DNA of 64,000 nt from IMG/VR virus record IMGVR_UViG_3300040770_000162; one strand, written 5' to 3'. The stretch is from a virus. How positions within the stretch are numbered: position 1 is the first letter of the stretch; each line of letters begins with the position of its first letter. Of the stretch, positions 57,790-64,000 are shown in pieces. Position numbers and translations under genes: made by a program. The notes under the pieces are model-generated. The model saw only the letters and a program-made list of their open reading frames with translations. It was not told the DNA's origin and did no database searches.

Positions 57790-58350
57790 TTACCAAATAT
57801 CAGCACTTGGTTTAGTTTCTGTACCTGGATTATCTGCTTTTGGAGCATCTGCTTCAGGGCGTTCTAAAACATCTGTATTTGTAGGTTTCAATCTATCAAA
57901 TTTAACATCTTGTTTTTGAATGAAATTAAACATTCTAAGTCCAAGATATTTAGAAGGTTTAGCTGTGTAACCGTAAGTTACAAATACATCTACTTTTTTA
58001 CCTTCAGAGTTTTCTTTAATGACTTTGAACAATGTATTCATTGCGTCCATATATCCATTTACTGCAGGATATACAAAGTCTTCAGGTACTAATGCTTCAG
58101 CAATAGATTTAACCCTTTGATAAGTCATATTTTGACGCTTTTCATCGTCTTCAGTACTAAAGTAAAAACCTTGGTTAATTCCAGGAGCACCAGATTCATC
58201 GGTAACTACAATTTTATAATCTGGGTAACTATCTGGTTCGTCAACTTTTCTTTTTTCAACTGTTACACTAACATTTTCAACTTTTCCTGCATTTCCGTTA
58301 TTAAACACTGCACTAGTTGTCACTTTCTCATTTAAATTGAATGTACTCAT
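57790..58350 (-). CDS. possible single-stranded DNA-binding protein
   Basis: 186 aa in the replication module, with a flexible acidic/Pro-rich C-terminal tail ending ...SADIW (gp2.5-like logic). No diagnostic motif. Confidence 0.3.
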   Translation of the reverse strand: MSTFNLNEKVTTSAVFNNGNAGKVENVSVTVEKRKVDEPDSYPDYKIVVTDESGAPGINQGFYFSTEDDEKRQNMTYQRVKSIAEALVPEDFVYPAVNGYMDAMNTLFKVIKENSEGKKVDVFVTYGYTAKPSKYLGLRMFNFIQKQDVKFDRLKPTNTDVLERPEADAPKADNPGTETKPSADIW

Positions 58351-58388
58351 CTTTATTTTATTTTTGGCTTATATAATTATTATTGTTT

Positions 58389-58421
58389 AAAAAATAAGGG
58401 GTTTATACCGCAAGTACCCTT
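58389..58421 (-). terminator. rho-independent terminator (minus strand)
   Basis: The minus strand reads AAGGGTAC-TTGCG-GTA..CCCCTT followed by ATTTTTT. Confidence 0.55.
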
Positions 58422-58543
58422 CCAATTACTGACTTGCTAACCAACGATTTAGATGACCTCCACGCCAACATATAATGTCTGTAATTCATCGGCTTCGATA
58501 CCTATCATTTGCAACTGAATCAGTCTGTGATGTTTTAATATTT

Positions 58544-59305
58544 TTATATAAAAATCTTACTCCAATCAACAGTTAGTTTACCTGTTTCATCAGACTCAAC
58601 CACTGTAATTTTTTGGTTTTTTAAATGTTCACTACGACTTCCACAAATAAGTGAATCTGAAGGTTGAAAATTAACAATAGTTTTATTATCTTCACGATAG
58701 GCATAACCAATTGCATCAACTTGTGAACAGAGAATTGCTGCAGATTTACCTATCAAGTCCAATCCTCTTTCAGTCATTTCTTTACCTTCTTTTTCTACAA
58801 ACTTATCTTTTAAATGTCCTAGAATAATTAATGTTTCAAAACATTCTTCCAATTCTTCTAAAACTAACCATAATGCTTTACGAGTATATTGGTAACCTGC
58901 ACCATTTGGTAGCGTTGTAACGTCATCCCCTTGCCAGTTACGACCTTGTGGAGTTTGTTGATACAGTTTATTAGCTAACAATAAAACGTGATCTTCTAAA
59001 GCAGTAACTGTGTCAATAGCACCATATTTGTAAATAAATTTTCCAGCTTTTGCGTTTTCTTCTTTTATTTTGGAAATGACTTGTTTTAACGCAGATATTG
59101 GAGAAGTATTATTCTTTTTTGCAACATCAAGGACATTGATTTTCATTGCACTAACAAATTCAGAACCGTCTTCTAAATCGATAAGTAGACAATTATCTAA
59201 TCCACTAATCATTTCTGTTTTACCTACTTTAGGTTTACTAAACAATATTAATTTTTTAGGATTTACTCTTGTTGCTTTAATTTTTGAACTAGGTAGTTCT
59301 ATCAT
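58544..59305 (-). CDS. Sak4-like / AAA_24 RecA-fold ATPase
   Basis: KLILFSKPKVGKTEM (Walker A) followed by LLIDLEDG, typical of phage AAA_24 proteins. Confidence 0.55.
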   Translation of the reverse strand: MIELPSSKIKATRVNPKKLILFSKPKVGKTEMISGLDNCLLIDLEDGSEFVSAMKINVLDVAKKNNTSPISALKQVISKIKEENAKAGKFIYKYGAIDTVTALEDHVLLLANKLYQQTPQGRNWQGDDVTTLPNGAGYQYTRKALWLVLEELEECFETLIILGHLKDKFVEKEGKEMTERGLDLIGKSAAILCSQVDAIGYAYREDNKTIVNFQPSDSLICGSRSEHLKNQKITVVESDETGKLTVDWSKIFI

Positions 59306-59354
59306 ATTTAATTTATTTAAATTTATTAATTTTTTTATTAATAAAGATATAAAT

Positions 59355-59393
59355 TATTTTTAGATATTTTTTACTATTTTTAGATATTTTTTA
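59355..59393. repeat. tandem direct repeat, two 19-nt units at a 20-nt period
   Basis: TATTTTTAGATATTTTTTA occurs at 59355-59373 and again at 59375-59393, spanning the stop codon of ORF 59391-59963. Confidence 0.7.
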
Positions 59394-59963
59394 ATTTATA
59401 TCTTCTATTTTACTTTGCAAAAAACTTTGCATTACGACACCTTTGTATTTTAATAACATTTCTTTAGTTTTAGGTACTATATCAGGGTATACAAAACTGT
59501 GACTACCATAATTCCAACTATTTCCAGTTAATACATTATTTTTAACACAAGTCATCATAAATTCTAGATAATCTAAACCTCTTGTTTTGGGTTTACAAAT
59601 ATCTGTAAAAAAATTTTCATTGTTAAAACTACCATTTTTATACCATAATATTCTAATAAAGTTTAATAACAATAAATTTGAATAATGATTATCTAATAAT
59701 TTATATTTGATATAAATCTTATCTTCAATTAATACAAACTTGCAAAGTGTTATTTTATTTACTAAATAAACAATTCGTTTACGTTGAATATCTGTAATTT
59801 TAGGTTGAATATATTTATCAATATATATGTCTTTTTTAGTTTTAACATCTATGTCTAATTCAGACATTCTTGATTTAATTAACCCTGCCCAACAAGCTTC
59901 GATTGGATTATTAATTAATTTTCCATTTTTAAGATGGTATATATAACAGCTATAATCTCTCAT
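59391..59963 (-). CDS. hypothetical protein
   Basis: 190-aa ORF. Confidence 0.55.
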   Translation of the reverse strand: MRDYSCYIYHLKNGKLINNPIEACWAGLIKSRMSELDIDVKTKKDIYIDKYIQPKITDIQRKRIVYLVNKITLCKFVLIEDKIYIKYKLLDNHYSNLLLLNFIRILWYKNGSFNNENFFTDICKPKTRGLDYLEFMMTCVKNNVLTGNSWNYGSHSFVYPDIVPKTKEMLLKYKGVVMQSFLQSKIEDIN

Positions 59964-59971
59964 TTTTTTTA

Positions 59972-61084
59972 CTATTTTTTACTATTTTTTATAAATTCAT
60001 ATACTTGTTTTATTGCATCATTATTGTTTGGTAATGGAAGTTCGCGAAAATAATTTACGGCACCGTCAAAATATAATGGACATATTGTACCTGCACCACC
60101 ATCACGAGAAATAATAATTTCTATAAATCTAATATTATCTTTAAATTGAGTAATATCATAACCTAAATATTCTGGTATTTCGTGTTTAAATGGACTAAAT
60201 ATACCAATCATCATATTACAATCACGAGCAATTAATTTGTTATCACCAAGATTTGCAACAGAAGGTCTTAATGCACCAGCTTTTTTGTGTTCAATATTTT
60301 CACCAGCAATTGCTTGTTGAATAACTACTACAGGTATATAATTAAATCTATTTCTAAGTTTAATTAAATAGTCTGAAGACAGTAAAGATATACTTTCATG
60401 TAAAGATAGTTGAGTTCCGTTAAGTTTTTGTGGACTAATTAATCCAATATGATCTACAATTACCATTACATATTCTTCTGGATCATTTGCATCATATCTG
60501 TCTTCAACTTTAGTTACTTCACCCTTTATTACAATTTCACGATAATGAATAGTACCATTAGCTACAGCATATTTACGAACTAAATCGTAAATACCTGTTG
60601 CGTGACGAATATCGTCGACAAATTCTACAATTTCTTCAATTTTATCAAAATACTTTTGATATTTAGATATTGTTTCTAAAACTTCTAAAGTTAAGACTTT
60701 TTTAGCGTGTGTAGATTTTAAATCTGTTGGTGCAATTCTTAAACCTTCTTTAATAAATAGTATATTTGCAAAACAAGCTAACATTTTTTCTTCTTTAGAA
60801 AGTTCTAATGTAAAGTAAAATATTTTTAATCGTATATCAAGATCACCATCAACTATTTGTTTAATTGTATTAAACACAAATAACCAATCTGTAAGTTGTG
60901 TTTTACCAGCTTTACTCTGGGCAGTAACTTGGTAATATTTACCTTGTTCAATTCCTGGAGAATTTTCTTCAAATCTTGGTAAATTCCAAGGTATGCAGTT
61001 TACTTTACCAGATAATATTCGATTTCTTTTGTTTACAATATTTTCATATACTCTAGAAAATAAAGAAGGTTTTTTTTCATCCAT
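59972..61084 (-). CDS. DnaB-like replicative helicase (RecA-fold C-terminal domain)
   Basis: Walker A AQSKAGKTQL and Walker B MVIVDHIGLI. Size and position next to the primase module fit. Confidence 0.6.
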   Translation of the reverse strand: MDEKKPSLFSRVYENIVNKRNRILSGKVNCIPWNLPRFEENSPGIEQGKYYQVTAQSKAGKTQLTDWLFVFNTIKQIVDGDLDIRLKIFYFTLELSKEEKMLACFANILFIKEGLRIAPTDLKSTHAKKVLTLEVLETISKYQKYFDKIEEIVEFVDDIRHATGIYDLVRKYAVANGTIHYREIVIKGEVTKVEDRYDANDPEEYVMVIVDHIGLISPQKLNGTQLSLHESISLLSSDYLIKLRNRFNYIPVVVIQQAIAGENIEHKKAGALRPSVANLGDNKLIARDCNMMIGIFSPFKHEIPEYLGYDITQFKDNIRFIEIIISRDGGAGTICPLYFDGAVNYFRELPLPNNNDAIKQVYEFIKNSKK

Positions 61085-61086
61085 TA

Positions 61087-61566
61087 TTATAATTTAATAT
61101 TTTCTTCTGTTAAACCCATTAATTTAATAATACCCATAAAAGAATAAATGTCATTTTTACCAATATCATTTATTTTTTGATAAGATTTATTATAGCTTCC
61201 ACAATATTTAACATTATTACTTCTACTTAAACCATATTGAAAAATCCATTTATCAGCATCATCACATAATAATATAACAGTTTTGTCATTTTCATCTAAA
61301 AATCTTTTAATAGTTTTAGCCACATGTTTATCTGAAACTTTAAAATATGTTTTACTAATTAAAACTATATCTTGAAAACTTCTATACTTACCTGACATAC
61401 ACTGTAATGAAGTATATTGTGAATCAAAATATGTAGCACTTTTTAAACAACCTTTTGTCCATATATTAATATCATCTAATTTTAATATTCTTTTTAAAAA
61501 AGTATATAACGTATCGGTAGGTTTTCGAGATTCATCTTTTACATAAATTTTTATTATTTCTTTCAT
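61087..61566 (-). CDS. hypothetical protein, paralog of 62339-62767
   Basis: Shares the IYVK-(D/E)ES..P, QC, (L/W)CD..(D/I)K and Y..L landmarks in the same order. Confidence 0.5.
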   Translation of the reverse strand: MKEIIKIYVKDESRKPTDTLYTFLKRILKLDDINIWTKGCLKSATYFDSQYTSLQCMSGKYRSFQDIVLISKTYFKVSDKHVAKTIKRFLDENDKTVILLCDDADKWIFQYGLSRSNNVKYCGSYNKSYQKINDIGKNDIYSFMGIIKLMGLTEENIKL

Positions 61567-62339
61567 TACAAATTAGATTTATAAAATCCCCAAACTTTAA
61601 TTTCATTATTACTGTTTGGATTTAGTTCAGGTTCACTTTTAAAATCAGACATTTCATCAAATATCTCAAATGTTTCTTCGTCAATATATTCGTTATTCGT
61701 AACATTTGTAGACATTAAATAAATTCCAGCATTATAACCGTTATTTAATTTATGTCTCATGTAATTTTTAAAATGAGCAATAATTAATGCTTTATGTAAC
61801 AATGGTAAATCTTCTTCAGAATCAACTTCTAAGTTTTCAACAATGTTGTTGATAACATTTACTTGTGAACCAATGTTCATAAGGTTTTTTACACCACAAC
61901 TAAAACTATCTGAATTTCTTAAAATATTTAATGAATTATTAATAACAATTTCTTCATTATCAAATCCAATAAATTTTGTAATAGCATCAATATGTGTGAT
62001 ACTATCAATTAAATCTTGTTCAGTTCTAGCAATTACTTCAGGTTCTGGTTCAGGAATAACTTCTTCTTCTTCAACGACTTCTTCAAATAAATCTTTGTAA
62101 TATCTTACAGTTTTATTATTGTCATTAACAATTTTTACAGTTTCACCTTCGTCAATAACGATTGGATATTCTTTATTTAACGTTAAATTATAATTTTTTG
62201 GGTTTGTACAAACTAATTTTTCCATTTTTACTTTAATTTTATTGTTTTTAAATATTTTATTATTGGCATTATTCCAATATAATTCTTCATCTTCATCATA
62301 TTCATTCCAAAATGTTTCATCAAAATTATAATCAAACAT
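61566..62339 (-). CDS. hypothetical acidic protein
   Basis: 257-aa ORF with the acidic tract EEVVEEEEVIPEPEPE. Confidence 0.55.
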   Translation of the reverse strand: MFDYNFDETFWNEYDEDEELYWNNANNKIFKNNKIKVKMEKLVCTNPKNYNLTLNKEYPIVIDEGETVKIVNDNNKTVRYYKDLFEEVVEEEEVIPEPEPEVIARTEQDLIDSITHIDAITKFIGFDNEEIVINNSLNILRNSDSFSCGVKNLMNIGSQVNVINNIVENLEVDSEEDLPLLHKALIIAHFKNYMRHKLNNGYNAGIYLMSTNVTNNEYIDEETFEIFDEMSDFKSEPELNPNSNNEIKVWGFYKSNL

Positions 62340-62767
62340 TACATATTATTTTTAATTTCATCGTAGTCAGCTAGACTATAACCGTCAACACCTTTTTTAT
62401 TGTAGTGATTTTTTACACTGTAATTAGTAATCCATTGTGCAGAAGTATTTAGGACATATTTTACAACTACTTTTTGAATTTTATCACACCATACTAAAAC
62501 AACTGATTGATCTTCTTGAATAATTTCAAATAAGATTTTAACCATTGCTTTCATAGAAGTAGCAGGAAATCTAGATTTAGTTAGTTCCCACAATTCTGTA
62601 ATACTACGACTAGCACCGTCTACGTTTTCACCTTTACCGTCACATTGAATAATAGTAAATTCTGGATTTTCATAAGACGATATTTTTTTACCCATTAAAA
62701 ACTTTTTAATAAAACTTTTACGAGTTCTAGTTTTAGGAACGTCTGATTCTTTTACGTATATTGCCAT
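62339..62767 (-). CDS. hypothetical protein, paralog of 61087-61566
   Basis: See 61087-61566. Confidence 0.5.
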   Translation of the reverse strand: MAIYVKESDVPKTRTRKSFIKKFLMGKKISSYENPEFTIIQCDGKGENVDGASRSITELWELTKSRFPATSMKAMVKILFEIIQEDQSVVLVWCDKIQKVVVKYVLNTSAQWITNYSVKNHYNKKGVDGYSLADYDEIKNNM

Positions 62768-62779
62768 TTTTCATTATTT

Positions 62780-62989
62780 TTATTGTTTTAATTTATTAAG
62801 TTTTTCCCATAAAATTTCAGAACCTTTAAAAGGTGTATCTGTATATTTAATGTCAAATAAATATTCATAAAAGAATATTATTGACATTAACGATAATACT
62901 ATTGTAAAACATTCAATAATACCTAAAATAATTACAATTATGTAAAATGGTATTAATATTATTCTTAATAAAAATTTAAGTATTACCAT
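62780..62989 (-). CDS. small membrane protein
   Basis: 69 aa with two hydrophobic helices. Confidence 0.45.
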   Translation of the reverse strand: MVILKFLLRIILIPFYIIVIILGIIECFTIVLSLMSIIFFYEYLFDIKYTDTPFKGSEILWEKLNKLKQ

Positions 62990-63165
62990 TATTTTTTAAT
63001 TTTTTCTTCATACACTTCCATTAATTTATTTCTAAGTTTATCATTATCAAGTTTACCTTTAGTCATAAATTCTAATTTATTAACTTTTATTCTATCAATT
63101 AAAGGTATCACAATATGGTATTGTGTATGATAACAAGTTTTTTCAAATTCTTCAAATGTTATCAT
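62989..63165 (-). CDS. small protein (absent from the ORF track)
   Basis: Hand translation gives MITFEEFEKTCYHTQYHIVIPLIDRIKVNKLEFMTKGKLDNDKLRNKLMEVYEEKIKK (58 aa). ATGA overlap upstream and TAATG overlap downstream. Confidence 0.45.
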   Translation of the reverse strand: MITFEEFEKTCYHTQYHIVIPLIDRIKVNKLEFMTKGKLDNDKLRNKLMEVYEEKIKK

Positions 63166-63398
63166 TTTGTATTATTTAAACCATTTAAGAAAATTTTACC
63201 AATTTCTGTAGGTTTAAATCTTCTTTCATCACTAGGAAAACCTTTAAATATAGTATTTACTAATGGTGTCCAATTACTATTCCAAACAGATCCAGCATAC
63301 ATTTCTTCTAATTTATTATAAATTATAAGACAATTTTCAGCATCTTCTTTATATTCAGTTTTTAATTGTTTTTGTAATCTATCATATAATTTTCCCAT
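63162..63398 (-). CDS. hypothetical protein
   Basis: 78-aa ORF. Confidence 0.5.
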   Translation of the reverse strand: MGKLYDRLQKQLKTEYKEDAENCLIIYNKLEEMYAGSVWNSNWTPLVNTIFKGFPSDERRFKPTEIGKIFLNGLNNTK

Positions 63399-63410
63399 TA
63401 TTATTTATTT

Positions 63411-64000
63411 TTAAATTAATTTTGTAGTCCAATCAGTATTATCAATTTCTTTTTCCTCTATAAAAGCAGATAATCTAGAATCTTCTTCTTTACCATTATC
63501 TTTTTTATAAATAAAATAGTGAGCAGCTTGAAGATATTGATAATCATTTACAGATTTTATATAAATTCTAGCTGCTTTAAGAATATCTTCTTTAGAATAA
63601 CTAGGATTTTCTTTCATCCATCTAATCATCTTTTCTTTACAAGCCATTGGCGAACCCATAGAACCTACTTTAAGACCTTTCCATAGATTTCTGTATTCTT
63701 CTATAAATTGATCAATTTCACTGTTAATAACGCGACTAGATTGTTTGGATGTTTTCTTTTCTTTATAATTGGAAATACTATTTTCTATAGATACAAAATT
63801 TAATAGTAACTTAGCTTTTTCACGAACAATCGTAATAGTTCCTTCAATATCAACAACTAGTTTAACAAATTGTTTATCTTGTAAACAATGTAAAATATCT
63901 AATTCTACAACTTCTAAACCTACATCAACTTCAAGTAAATGTAAAAGAGTTATAAATTCTACAACTGAAAGATTTTGTTCTTTTAAAAAATTTAAGTCTA
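63411..64000 (-). CDS. hypothetical protein, 5'-truncated by the window edge
   Basis: I checked this frame codon by codon from 63659 to 64000 and found no stop. The 82-aa ORF in the track is therefore probably only the C-terminus of a longer gene. Confidence 0.55.
   Translation of the reverse strand, partial: DLNFLKEQNLSVVEFITLLHLLEVDVGLEVVELDILHCLQDKQFVKLVVDIEGTITIVREKAKLLLNFVSIENSISNYKEKKTSKQSSRVINSEIDQFIEEYRNLWKGLKVGSMGSPMACKEKMIRWMKENPSYSKEDILKAARIYIKSVNDYQYLQAAHYFIYKKDNGKEEDSRLSAFIEEKEIDNTDWTTKLI

Noticed and set aside
58473-58532. 19-codon ORF (MIGIEADELQTLYVGVEVI) in the GC-richer spacer
   Set aside because: It is too short and lacks coupling or context, so I kept the region as a candidate RNA element instead.
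1-64000. Prophage or lysogeny signals, CRISPR arrays and rRNA
   Set aside because: I recognised no integrase, repressor/antirepressor pair, att-like long direct repeats, regularly spaced repeat-spacer arrays or rRNA-like segments. The only repeats are the short A/T tandem units at 59.36-59.99 kb and the promoter-associated palindromes.

Overview
AT-rich (by eye) dsDNA phage segment, almost fully coding, made of two convergent modules that meet at a bidirectional hairpin terminator near 31.2 kb. The plus-strand module (1-31164) is late and virion-related. It holds a holin/muramidase lysis cassette, a self-contained metallophosphoesterase cassette, structural ORFs, and a run of giant ORFs (658, 602, 1529, about 2136 and 1705 aa). 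One giant ORF is a two-barrel virion RNA polymerase of the crAss-like type (inference). Its DFDID metal-binding loop only forms after removing a 960-nt group I intron that carries a LAGLIDADG endonuclease. The minus-strand module (31232-64000) covers replication and nucleotide metabolism. It includes thymidylate synthase split by a T4-td-like group I intron with an I-TevI-like GIY-YIG endonuclease, dUTPase, MazG-like proteins, class I RNR alpha and beta, SF2 and DnaB-like helicases, primase, a Sak4-like ATPase, a PD-(D/E)XK nuclease, a RusA-like resolvase and a divergent UDG-like protein. The most unusual content is a tightly overlapping operon at 47.2-56.4 kb. It encodes an amidoligase, an Ntn/class-II amidotransferase, a COOH-NH2-ligase-like protein, an ATP-grasp ligase, two peptidase-C26 gamma-glutamyl hydrolases, two gamma-glutamylcyclotransferase-like proteins and an Rnl2-type RNA ligase, with no known product or target. 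Also present are two freestanding GIY-YIG endonucleases, two tRNA-like elements that I could not fold canonically, TAnnTTTG (Bacteroidota-type) promoter boxes, two structured noncoding regions and short tandem repeats. I saw no integrase, CRISPR array or rRNA. All homology calls rest on motifs read by eye, and no searches were run.
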